Below, one piece after another: positions 29,308 to 37,995 of a stretch of 64,000 nt of DNA. Numbering within the stretch: the stretch's first letter is position 1; each line of letters starts with the position of its first letter. The notes under the pieces are model-generated. The model saw only the letters and a program-made list of their open reading frames with translations, did no database searches and was not told the DNA's origin. A program made the position numbers and the translations under genes. Where the stretch lies: IMG/VR virus record IMGVR_UViG_3300028797_000004. One strand, 5' to 3'. The stretch comes from a virus. Its lineage: Duplodnaviria; Caudoviricetes.

Positions 29308-29861
29308 AACTATATATCAAAGCTGCAACAACTCCTGCAGAATACAACAATCGTCAAACAGAAGTGGGCTCTACTTTGAAGACATACAAAGGTTCACCTA
29401 TCAAGCGTAGCACTAAGTATGGTGTCGGTAAGGAGATCGGCGGAGACATATATGTACATAAGATGTATGCCGATGCTGTAGTGCCTGCAGATGTACTTGC
29501 TAGAGCGAAGTCAATCCTGCAGCAGAGCTATCCTGATTTTCAATATAACTGTATTCGCTATTCTCCGAAGACTGGAGCAGTATCGTTTCAAGAAGTTCCT
29601 GATTTTGACACAGCTCGTGAACCTAAAGTAGGTCACTATATTACAATACTTCCTGACGGCTCTGTAAAAACTGGATATTCACCTTATATCTTTCATCACA
29701 AGTGGCTCTGGGTGAAAAATGATTATTCAGGTTTCGATGTAGCTGAAAGCTGGAATTGGTCACGTCAGTGGCTAAACACATTGCAAGAGACATCAGACGG
29801 TAACGGTATTGGTCGCTGGAATGCCCAGCTAGATCGATACGGTCTACCGCATGATAATTAA
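29304..29861 (+). CDS. MKLYIKA-leader protein resembling the accessory domain of the DNA phosphorothioation-associated putative methyltransferase
   Basis: GK.IGGDIYVH, VSF..VPDFDT..EP, PYIFHHKWLWV..DY..F, IG.W..QL. Confidence 0.6.
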   Translation: MKLYIKAATTPAEYNNRQTEVGSTLKTYKGSPIKRSTKYGVGKEIGGDIYVHKMYADAVVPADVLARAKSILQQSYPDFQYNCIRYSPKTGAVSFQEVPDFDTAREPKVGHYITILPDGSVKTGYSPYIFHHKWLWVKNDYSGFDVAESWNWSRQWLNTLQETSDGNGIGRWNAQLDRYGLPHDN

Positions 29862-29934
29862 GCGTATAAGGGTATGAGGTTGAAAAATTCATATGCATAA
29901 ATCACATGATATAGGGACTGTTGAGGTGAATGTT

Positions 29935-30195
29935 ATGTCTGAAATTTTAGTTATCAGCCCATACCACTATGCGCTTGCACAGAAAGTAGACGACATTAAG
30001 CTGCGCAAATTCTGTGCACAAGACAATAACTACAACTTATACGCTATACAAGCTCTGCCTTATGAAGTTGCTGAGAAGATAAAAGGTCAATCCTTTGACT
30101 TCGCTTACATTGACAACCATTATATTGATGAAGAGATTGCAGAGATTCGCTCACATATCACTGGTGAGCAGTACAAGCGTATTAAATTCTTTTGA
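29935..30195 (+). CDS. Hypothetical protein
   Basis: GAGGTG SD before ATG 29935. Confidence 0.6.
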   Translation: MSEILVISPYHYALAQKVDDIKLRKFCAQDNNYNLYAIQALPYEVAEKIKGQSFDFAYIDNHYIDEEIAEIRSHITGEQYKRIKFF

Positions 30196-30233
30196 CATCT
30201 TCCTGTTCATATTTGAACAATCTCCTTATTACT

Positions 30234-30267
30234 GAGGTATCGCAACCCCTGCGGTACCTCTCTTTTT
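30234..30267 (+). terminator. Intrinsic terminator
   Basis: GAGGTATCGCA-ACCCC-TGCGGTACCTC + TCTTTTT. Confidence 0.8.
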
Positions 30268-30302
30268 GTAGTGGATCCGTCAAAGATTAATGAACGATTA
30301 AT

Positions 30303-30367
30303 GAATCGTAAATAATTGATTAATTTTCTGAAAAACTATTGATTTCTCGCCTATGCGATGCTATAAT
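30303..30367 (+). promoter_or_regulatory. Early sigma-A promoter with conserved 44-bp block (copy 2)
   Basis: TTGATT(30339-44)-17 bp-TATAAT(30362-67), extended TG. Confidence 0.85.
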
Positions 30368-30421
30368 ATACTTGTAAACAAATTCACCTCATATTCTACT
30401 TTTGAAAGGTTGGTAGATCTT

Positions 30422-30658
30422 ATGAAACGAACAATTGCATTTTCTTCTCCCGAGACCGGATATCTTTCGAGTATGCCTATACTCACTTCTGAAGAATTCC
30501 AGTCTGCTAAGCTCAAGTATGTCTGCACCAGTTGGAATGCAGACCCGAAAGCAAATATCCACATATACAAGAAGCTTGATAGCTCTAATGAATACGTCGG
30601 TGTCGAAGAAGCAGACATTGACGAAGCTATCGCAGCCATCAACATCTTGCTCAGCTAA
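30422..30658 (+). CDS. Small early protein
   Basis: First gene after early promoter. Confidence 0.65.
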   Translation: MKRTIAFSSPETGYLSSMPILTSEEFQSAKLKYVCTSWNADPKANIHIYKKLDSSNEYVGVEEADIDEAIAAINILLS

Positions 30659-30671
30659 GGAGGTAGGTCTT

Positions 30672-31034
30672 ATGTTAAAGAATTTAGTACCTAGAGAGAC
30701 TGTCGAGATCGTAGAGCACACAATCGAGTTCACAGAGAACGGCAGCGGATTTTCATTCAAGGCAACACCAACAGGCGAAGTCATTCTTGAGAACAAAGAC
30801 CAGGAAGCAAATTATCAGTTTGCTATCGCTCACCCAGAGCTGTTCACAGATGAGTACAACAAGTTCCGCACAAGACGTCGTCACTACACAGAAAATGCTC
30901 ACGGTACTTGCACCTGCGGAGCTCAGGTAGAACTCTACAATCAGTATCAGGGAGCTTGTCAGTGTCCAAGATGCGACAGATGGTACAACTTATTTGGGCA
31001 GGAACTTATATCCCCAGAGTACTGGGAGGACTAA
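30672..31034 (+). CDS. Early protein with CxC...CxxC zinc ribbon
   Basis: AAGGAGGT SD; CTCG...CQCPRC.RWYNLFGQEL. Confidence 0.7.
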   Translation: MLKNLVPRETVEIVEHTIEFTENGSGFSFKATPTGEVILENKDQEANYQFAIAHPELFTDEYNKFRTRRRHYTENAHGTCTCGAQVELYNQYQGACQCPRCDRWYNLFGQELISPEYWED

Positions 31035-31049
31035 TAGGAGGTAACAATC

Positions 31050-31517
31050 ATGAGGAGAGTAATGTTTTGGGACGACAATAGGTGCGTCAAGGTGGTCATG
31101 CTTGCAGGGTTCAACACTGATGAGTGTCTTAAGATGGCACATTTCTACTACGTGAATCTTCCTAACGACGAGCAGTTCAAGTATACAGACATTCAAGTAG
31201 ACCCTTTCGACTACGGTCGCATTGATGTATCTAAATCCTACAAGGAGTTCGGCAGTTCGCTGCTGAAAGCTATCAAGTGGCTCGACGACAATGATTTCGA
31301 GGCTACACTTACAACGTACAACACCGATAGGGCTGTCTTTCGTGTTTATCGCAACGGTACAGAAGACGAGCTCACGCTTACTAATGCAGTACTCAATCCT
31401 ACAAAGGTCAAAATCCTTGACTACATGGAGCAGTTCCTCAAGAGCTTCAAGATGAAGCAAGAGATTGAACGACTCAAAGCTGAGAAAGCTGCACGTGACG
31501 CTGCTAAGGAGGTCTGA
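31050..31517 (+). CDS. Early hypothetical protein
   Basis: GGAGGT SD. Confidence 0.7.
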   Translation: MRRVMFWDDNRCVKVVMLAGFNTDECLKMAHFYYVNLPNDEQFKYTDIQVDPFDYGRIDVSKSYKEFGSSLLKAIKWLDDNDFEATLTTYNTDRAVFRVYRNGTEDELTLTNAVLNPTKVKILDYMEQFLKSFKMKQEIERLKAEKAARDAAKEV

Positions 31518-31520
31518 CAT

Positions 31521-31757
31521 ATGAATATCAGAGAAGCTGAAGAAATGCTCGAGTACGAGCTCAGTGTCAAGCGCAGAGCGCTTGAATACATACAGGAGAA
31601 TGCAGATGACTTCGACGATGACGAAGAAATCGACATGGACGAACTCTGCAGATCTATCGCAGAGGAAGACGAATACAACTTCCAGCGTAACGAAGAAAAT
31701 TCACTTCGTAACGCTTGGCAGCAGGATCTTATCGACATGTACCGCTTCGAGAGATAG
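31521..31757 (+). CDS. Small very acidic early protein
   Basis: AAGGAGGT SD; D/E-rich core. Confidence 0.65.
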   Translation: MNIREAEEMLEYELSVKRRALEYIQENADDFDDDEEIDMDELCRSIAEEDEYNFQRNEENSLRNAWQQDLIDMYRFER

Positions 31758-31767
31758 GAGGCAGCAT

Positions 31768-32016
31768 ATGAAAACTACAGTATACGTGAGCTTGATCACA
31801 CCAAGCAGCAATCTTCGCATTGCTGAAATCGACAACGTGGAGCTCAAGTACGGCCAAGCTTTCTTCACCGAAGAGCAGTGGGCAGCAGTCAAGCAGGCGG
31901 AAGCAGCTAATACTCGCAACCTCAAAGGCTACTCTATCGAGTTTCACATTCCTGGCTGTACGCCACTCCAAGGTGTTCACTACCCGAGCATGCAAAGACG
32001 AGGACAGGTGCGCTGA
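31768..32016 (+). CDS. Early hypothetical protein
   Basis: GGAGG SD; followed by hairpin 32009-32035. Confidence 0.65.
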   Translation: MKTTVYVSLITPSSNLRIAEIDNVELKYGQAFFTEEQWAAVKQAEAANTRNLKGYSIEFHIPGCTPLQGVHYPSMQRRGQVR

Positions 32017-32089
32017 GGGGTCTACCTTCAGCGCTAACCTTTCATATTTACATACGAATCTCTAACAGAAAGTGAGGTATCACTCTAGT

Positions 32090-32470
32090 ATGAAAATGTA
32101 CGTGAAAGCTGCTACTGATGAGCAGAATAAGTATAAGTCAAACCTGAAGAGTGCAGGCCCAAAGCTTCGCGCTGATATCAAGAAGCTTGAAAAAACACTC
32201 AAGGATGTACAGAAGAAGAAGGACGAGCTCAAAGCTCTCCTTGATTCAGCTGACATCATATATCCTACAGAGGAATACGACATCAAGAACCCAGAAGATT
32301 TTGAGTGGTTCATGGACGAGAAGAGAACTTCTGATGACGAAGCAGACGAAATCTACAGCCAGTTTGACGAAGCAATGAAACTCGTTGACGAGTATGACGA
32401 ACTCGCAGACTATTTAGACAAGCTCAAAGATGCACTTGAGAAGCTCCCAAGTGATCTTGATCTTGATTAA
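32090..32470 (+). CDS. Coiled-coil protein with MKMYVKA leader
   Basis: After late motif 32037; GAGGT SD. Confidence 0.7.
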   Translation: MKMYVKAATDEQNKYKSNLKSAGPKLRADIKKLEKTLKDVQKKKDELKALLDSADIIYPTEEYDIKNPEDFEWFMDEKRTSDDEADEIYSQFDEAMKLVDEYDELADYLDKLKDALEKLPSDLDLD

Positions 32471-32484
32471 GAGGTGAGCCTTAC

Positions 32485-33489
32485 ATGAAATGGTACATAC
32501 AAGGTCAAGCTAAGAGCTCCAAAGATATTGAAAACACCCTCAAAGATCACATCACTGAGATAGAACTCAATTTCATAATGCTTGTGCTTGGTCCTGGTGT
32601 AAGTACTCGACATCACTGGAAGCAAGAAGTCTACGCACAGATACACGATGTACCAGTAACTAAGAAAAGTAAGCAATATCCTACAGAAGCTCAGCTTTAC
32701 AAATGGCTGTACACTGATAATATTCCTGATTTTCAGGAACCTAAAAAGTTCAGAAAGTTGCTCAAGGCAATTTCTGATAAAGAAAAACAGCTCCCGAAAC
32801 CTGGAGATGCTGAAGCGTTGCAAAAGCAAGTAATTGAGTACCTACATGAGTATTTCACTTGGCTTGCTGCTGCACTTTCAGAAGACGGCTACGTCACGCT
32901 TTCAGAAGTTGAGGAAGCACTTACACATATTTTAGAAAGTGGTGAAAACACAATGAAAAAATACATTAAATCTGATTCACTTGATGATCCTCGTGTATGG
33001 ACTAAAGCACAGAGGGCAAAACTTATAGATCTGATCGACAAGTACTACGACGATGACTCAAAGTATGAGTATGTAGAAGAGGTGCTTGAGGAAGTATCCG
33101 GTCTAGATTTCGATGAGCTTGATGACAACGACTACGGTACTGGTGAAGGCTTCTACAAGCACTTCACATCAGAGCAGCTGGCTGAAGCTTTCAAAAAGCT
33201 CAGATCTGCATACGGATCAATTGACGGCTGCTCTTCTGTAACAGCTGCTTCCGCAAGCAATGTTGAAGCTAGAGTTCAAGAGTATGTAGAAGGCGTGCTT
33301 CATGATGCACTTGAAAATCTTGAAAACACAGACCTAACAGCTAATGTAGTGCAGCAGAAGGTTGGCGGATACAACAGCGATTGGTGTAATGAAGAGGCTC
33401 TCCCATCAGGTACAATGGCTAAGTTTGACAAAGCTGTAAAAGCTCTTGCAAAGCTGTATGCAGAAACTTTATTCTGGAATGAACCTTGA
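32485..33489 (+). CDS. Multi-module protein: DUF29-like domain + internal MKKYIKS module (ATG 32953) + third module after SSVTA-AS
   Basis: RHHWKQEV / KKSKQYPTEAQL homology to 15516 and 37996; internal leader with SD-like GGTG. Confidence 0.65.
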   Translation: MKWYIQGQAKSSKDIENTLKDHITEIELNFIMLVLGPGVSTRHHWKQEVYAQIHDVPVTKKSKQYPTEAQLYKWLYTDNIPDFQEPKKFRKLLKAISDKEKQLPKPGDAEALQKQVIEYLHEYFTWLAAALSEDGYVTLSEVEEALTHILESGENTMKKYIKSDSLDDPRVWTKAQRAKLIDLIDKYYDDDSKYEYVEEVLEEVSGLDFDELDDNDYGTGEGFYKHFTSEQLAEAFKKLRSAYGSIDGCSSVTAASASNVEARVQEYVEGVLHDALENLENTDLTANVVQQKVGGYNSDWCNEEALPSGTMAKFDKAVKALAKLYAETLFWNEP

Positions 33490-33506
33490 CTGAGAGGTGA
33501 GCTTAT

Positions 33507-33842
33507 ATGAATATAAAGCGTAAACCTATAACTGCTGCAAGCCGCGGCGCATCAGGCGCTGCAGCCATAGCTAAGAAAGATGCAGAAATGGCAATATATC
33601 TTGCTCAGCAAGGTGAAACCGACTGCGAACTTGAAATAAACAGCAAGCTTGACAACGATCGTTATTGGGCAGTGTTCAACAGAATGCTTAAAGAGGCAGA
33701 TGTTTACTACACTATTGAAAGCAATGACGCAGAGTACCTTGAGGGTACAGGTTTAAATTACTATTACTTGCGCATTTGGACACGTGATTCAGCTGATGAG
33801 CTATTTGCTCCGAATGCAGAGAAATATGCCCCAAGGTGGTGA
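33507..33842 (+). CDS. Hypothetical protein with MNIKRKPITA-AS leader
   Basis: GAGGTG SD. Confidence 0.7.
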   Translation: MNIKRKPITAASRGASGAAAIAKKDAEMAIYLAQQGETDCELEINSKLDNDRYWAVFNRMLKEADVYYTIESNDAEYLEGTGLNYYYLRIWTRDSADELFAPNAEKYAPRW

Positions 33843-33848
33843 AAACAG

Positions 33849-34061
33849 ATGAAACTATACATTAAAGCTTCTGCAGATCCGAAGCAGAAGAAAAACAAAG
33901 CGCTCAGAGAGTTTGATCAGCAGCTTCTAGACGAAGCATTGTCAAAGCTGAATAAAGTATATGAGTACAACTATTCAGAGTCTTCACATGATAAGGTGTC
34001 ACGTCGCCTTGAAGTGATCATGAAGAAGATTAAAGAGCTCAAGGCTCTGGAAATCGATTAG
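33849..34061 (+). CDS. Small protein with MKLYIKA leader
   Basis: SD and shared leader. Confidence 0.7.
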   Translation: MKLYIKASADPKQKKNKALREFDQQLLDEALSKLNKVYEYNYSESSHDKVSRRLEVIMKKIKELKALEID

Positions 34062-34083
34062 ATCTAGATGGAGGTCAAGAGCT

Positions 34084-34614
34084 ATGAAACTTTCAGCTAA
34101 AGACAAGAAGACATTTGGGGCTATAACTGCTTCAACTGATGTATACTCACATGATATACTGAAGATGCAAGGCAACTGGGCAGCTCCTAAGAAAATTGAA
34201 CAAGCTCTCAGAGATGAAATCTCATCAGATGATACAGTAATTGAGGTCAAAGCTACATATACACCTGAGCGCGATACGACAATCATAGCATTCAAGTATA
34301 TTGACAAAAGTGCAACGAAAGACTTCGCAGCTGTGAAGTCTTCGACAACAATCAATGCTGCTTATGGGTCAATTACAGACCCTAACAACGTCACAATTTC
34401 TGAGCTCATGAGTCGTATTGACGTAGAGCAACCAGACCTCTGGGACGATGCTGTCAAGTATCTTGATAAATGGCTTGATAATCCTGAAGATGTATGGGCA
34501 GATGACTGCCCGGACTGGGAAATTGCTTCCTGGGGTATAGGCTCAGACAACATTATAACTACATTAAAATCTGCCCTTGAGACTGGTGTAGTTGAAGACA
34601 TGTATACATCCTGA
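34084..34614 (+). CDS. Two-module protein with ITA-S and INA-A junctions
   Basis: GGAGGT SD. Confidence 0.65.
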   Translation: MKLSAKDKKTFGAITASTDVYSHDILKMQGNWAAPKKIEQALRDEISSDDTVIEVKATYTPERDTTIIAFKYIDKSATKDFAAVKSSTTINAAYGSITDPNNVTISELMSRIDVEQPDLWDDAVKYLDKWLDNPEDVWADDCPDWEIASWGIGSDNIITTLKSALETGVVEDMYTS

Positions 34615-34657
34615 AGTCTTGGTGTAAGGGTATCAATTGAAGGGAGGAGCGATATAA

Positions 34658-35078
34658 GTGTTAAAAGGCTTCATTATTAAGCGTGCACGAGTTGAAATCA
34701 TATCTCGTGCAGAATACGACGGCGCAGATATTCGGTTACCTGACACCAGAGAGCTGTTTAAGTCCATAGACGAGGTCTTAGATTACATCGACTCTAGTGA
34801 AGAGCTATACGCTACTGGGTGGGGAATTCCTACTCGTCTATATGACTACCACATTGAAGAAAAAGTCAATCATGTAGTCCTGCGTACATCTTCTACTGAC
34901 GCTGATGTAACTGTATCATTTCAAATGGTCATGCCCTCATGTACTATAACTCTTGATGAGTTAAACAATATTCAATATTTATTTAAGTGACAAAGGCGAG
35001 CTTCGAGACGAACGAGCTAGAGTATACTTCAAAGGTCAAATCATCACAGGTCATCCGCAGACGTTACAAGTGCTGTAA
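34658..35078 (+). pseudogene. Hypothetical gene apparently truncated by a 4-nt duplication near 34976-34984
   Basis: Removing one TTTA from CAATATTTATTTAAGTGAC extends the ORF: QYLSDKGELRDERARVYFKGQIITGHPQTLQVL*. Confidence 0.45.
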
Positions 35079-35223
35079 TCACACACATACATGCCCTCAG
35101 CGTTGAAGTCTAACACTGAGGGCAAACCTATTATACATACATAGACGTGAAACACATCTTTGTGTGTTCTCACAACGTGATAAACACACTTACAAATACA
35201 GATCAATAAGGAGTGATAACAAT

Positions 35224-35769
35224 ATGTTCACACCACTTTCAATGGGTACAAATCATATGCTGGCTCAGGACAACATGGTTCCTATAACAACAAATAACTT
35301 TGAGGTTCGCTTGTTCAACCTAGACGGCAGCCAGCCTTCCGAATCAAACATCTTAACACTCTACACAGATGAAATCGGAGATGTCCAGGAAGAACAAGAC
35401 ATCATATCTGTTCACTATGGTAACGGTGTACAGAAGTTCCCTTCAAAGGTTACTTTCGCAGATGTAGACTGGACACTGAATTACTTCTGCTCACCTAATG
35501 TAGCTGATGCTATTCATGCATGGAGAGAGAAAGTATTCGAGTTCGAGTCACAGAAGATGGGCTTACCAAGCCAATATATGAAGAACGCATATTTTATCAG
35601 ATATGACGGTCAAGGTAACCCGCGTAGCATCATATATCTACCTTGTGTATGGCCTGGCGCAGTCCGTGAGACAGGTGGAAATCAGCAGGGCGGCGAAGTT
35701 GTAAAAATTTCATTCCCGCTGGTGGTTTCCAGAATGCAGTACATCAAGCCAGAGGACTACAGAGGTTGA
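35224..35769 (+). CDS. Tail tube protein (T4 gp19-like)
   Basis: NNFEV, VHYGN...KFPSKVTF.D..T, WRE.V, G.P.QYMKNA, WPG.V...G. Confidence 0.8.
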   Translation: MFTPLSMGTNHMLAQDNMVPITTNNFEVRLFNLDGSQPSESNILTLYTDEIGDVQEEQDIISVHYGNGVQKFPSKVTFADVDWTLNYFCSPNVADAIHAWREKVFEFESQKMGLPSQYMKNAYFIRYDGQGNPRSIIYLPCVWPGAVRETGGNQQGGEVVKISFPLVVSRMQYIKPEDYRG

Positions 35770-35800
35770 CCACATAATCGTTATTAAATTTGAAAACTAT

Positions 35801-35833
35801 AAAGCGCAGCTTTCAGGCTGCGCTTTTGTGTTT
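35801..35833 (+). terminator. Intrinsic terminator
   Basis: AAAGCGCAGC-TTTCAG-GCTGCGCTTT + TGTGTTT. Confidence 0.75.
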
Positions 35834-35871
35834 CACACAGCTATACACAATGTAAGGGAGTTGATCCAGAT

Positions 35872-36099
35872 ATGATCAAAGGTACAAACTATGATGTGCT
35901 CATGAAGAAAAACTTAGCCGATTTGCTAGAGAGCATGAATACAAACCTCATGGAACGACAAGAGGAAGAATATAGCTCACATAGAGTATGCATCATGGAC
36001 GCGCTCAATGTGAACTCACCTCTCTACTGTCATGAATTCAAAAGTTGCTTTGATTGTATCTGCAACTTCTTACATTCAGAAAGTAAGGGGAGATTATAA
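35872..36099 (+). CDS. Small Cys-containing hypothetical protein
   Basis: C..C..CI..FL.SE motif common in Clostridia phages. Confidence 0.6.
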   Translation: MIKGTNYDVLMKKNLADLLESMNTNLMERQEEEYSSHRVCIMDALNVNSPLYCHEFKSCFDCICNFLHSESKGRL

Positions 36100-36434
36100 T
36101 GAACGCAAGTATAGACCCAATGTGGCTCGAGCAACTCAAACAAGTAACAATCAAAGGCGAGAAGTTTCGCTCGCACATGATAAACCTTGATGCAGGACAA
36201 TTTGATAATCTGATATATGGAGGTACAAACAGTATACGTGTACCTAAGCAGGATTTCAAACTCGGAGATTCAGTGGTGCTAGTACGCACTAAGAATAACA
36301 GAACTACACCTCAGAGGTGCGTAGCACTCATAGAACAGATTACAGATGATGATTGCTTCAAACGATTACAACTTGAAATAGTATCTGTTTATACAGAGCT
36401 TGGGCAGAATACCTTCCCCCTCCCCCACTTCTAA
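36099..36434 (+). CDS. ASCH/DUF3850-like protein; C-terminus replaced by IS insertion
   Basis: F..LI.G....IR....DFKLGD.V.L; original end ...VYTELATYVS* reconstructed from the right flank. Confidence 0.55.
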   Translation: MNASIDPMWLEQLKQVTIKGEKFRSHMINLDAGQFDNLIYGGTNSIRVPKQDFKLGDSVVLVRTKNNRTTPQRCVALIEQITDDDCFKRLQLEIVSVYTELGQNTFPLPHF

Positions 36435-36485
36435 GCGAAGCGAAAGTGGGGGATGAATGCCGATTGTTTTTTTTACTGAAACTAT

Positions 36486-36514
36486 TGACAATCAGTAAAA
36501 TATATGCTATAATA
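36486..36514 (+). promoter_or_regulatory. Consensus sigma-A promoter of the IS, -35 flanked by TTACTGA/TCAGTAA inverted repeat
   Basis: TTGACA-17 bp-TATAAT with extended TG. Confidence 0.8.
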
Positions 36515-36558
36515 GATACATAGGGAATGTCCTAAATCTAAAAGGAAGGGGAAAAACC

Positions 36559-37809
36559 ATGTATCTAACAGTAAAGCAAAAAGTAAAGCATCTGTCAAAG
36601 GGAGAATACAGCATTTTGAGAGAATTGTGTCATACAGCAAAAAATCTTGCCAATGAAGCAATCTATAATGTCCGTCAGTATTACTTCACAGAGGGAGAAT
36701 ATCTGAAATACGAAAAGAATTACGCATTGCTGAAAGACAGTCCTAATTACAAAATACTCAACTCCAATATGGCACAGCAGATTTTGAAAGAAGTAGACGG
36801 TTCATTCAAAAGCTTTTTCGGACTTCTGAAACCTGCAAAGAAAGGCAAGTATTCTTTCAGAGACTGCAAATTACCGCATTATCTCCCAAAAGACGGATTT
36901 GTTACGCTTGTGATAGGATTTGTCAGGCTGAATGGAAATAAGCTGATTCTTCCATATTCCAATACATTCAAGAAAACGCACAAGCCTGTTGAAATCAAAA
37001 TACCGCCGATACTTGCTGACAAGCATATCAAAGAAATCAGAATCATTCCGAAATCAGGAGCAAGGTTCTTTGAAATTCAGTATACTTATGAAGCTGAATG
37101 TATTCAAAGAAATCTTAACAAAAACAATGCACTTGCTCTGGATTTAGGTGTGAATAATCTTGTGACTGCTGTATCAAGTGAGGGCAGAAGCTTCATCATT
37201 GACGGCAGAAAGCTGAAATCTGTCAATCAATGGTTTAACAAAGAAAATGCACGGCTGCAAGGTATCAAAGACAGGCAGGGTGATAAAAGAAGAACAACAA
37301 ACCGTCAGAAAATCTTAGCTGACAAAAGAAACAGACAAGTCAATGACTATATGAGTAAAACTGCAAGAAAAATCATCGATTACTGTATTGCTCATGATAT
37401 TGGAACGCTTGTAGTCGGATATAATGAAACATTTCAGCGAAATTCTGGCATGAACAAGCGTAACAATCAGAATTTTGTCAATATTCCGTATGGTAAACTG
37501 CGTTCCAAACTGGAATATCTTTGTGAACTGAACGGAATTGTTTTTGTCAAGCAGGAAGAAAGCTATACTTCACAAGCATCTTTCTGGGACAGGGATAATA
37601 TTCCTGTCTATAATGCAGACAATCCGCAGTCCTATAAATTCAGCGGAACACGCATACGAAGAGGATTGTACAAAACTGCTGACGGAATATTGCTTAACGC
37701 GGATGTCAATGGTGCATTGAATATTTTAAGAAAAAGTAGCGTTGTGGACTTAACAGTCCTATACGGTAGTGGCGAAGTGGATACGCCTGTAAGAATAAGG
37801 GTTGCCTGA
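36559..37809 (+). CDS. tnpB: RNA-guided endonuclease TnpB
   Basis: ALDLGVNN, QEESYTS, RRGLY, NADVNGALNI. Confidence 0.95.
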   Translation: MYLTVKQKVKHLSKGEYSILRELCHTAKNLANEAIYNVRQYYFTEGEYLKYEKNYALLKDSPNYKILNSNMAQQILKEVDGSFKSFFGLLKPAKKGKYSFRDCKLPHYLPKDGFVTLVIGFVRLNGNKLILPYSNTFKKTHKPVEIKIPPILADKHIKEIRIIPKSGARFFEIQYTYEAECIQRNLNKNNALALDLGVNNLVTAVSSEGRSFIIDGRKLKSVNQWFNKENARLQGIKDRQGDKRRTTNRQKILADKRNRQVNDYMSKTARKIIDYCIAHDIGTLVVGYNETFQRNSGMNKRNNQNFVNIPYGKLRSKLEYLCELNGIVFVKQEESYTSQASFWDRDNIPVYNADNPQSYKFSGTRIRRGLYKTADGILLNADVNGALNILRKSSVVDLTVLYGSGEVDTPVRIRVA

Positions 37810-37995
37810 TTTCAGGTGGAAACTTAAATACCAATCTTCTTACGAAGCCCCTGCCTCTTTAGGCGGGGGAGAGTTCACACAGAGCTTGCAACTTATGTGA
37901 GCTAATGCGAGATTAAACGAGATGAAATATTTCAATGTGTATCGGTATCGTTATATACTACGAGTATAATATTTCAAATAAAGGAGGTTTCTAAT

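Larger units (their letters stand above)
36393..37878 (+). mobile_element. IS200/IS605-family (IS1341-type, tnpB only) insertion sequence
   Basis: TTTAT target motif 36388-92; left hairpin 36421-36453; right hairpin 37848-37869 then TTCAC end; own TTGACA-17-TATAAT promoter. Confidence 0.9.
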
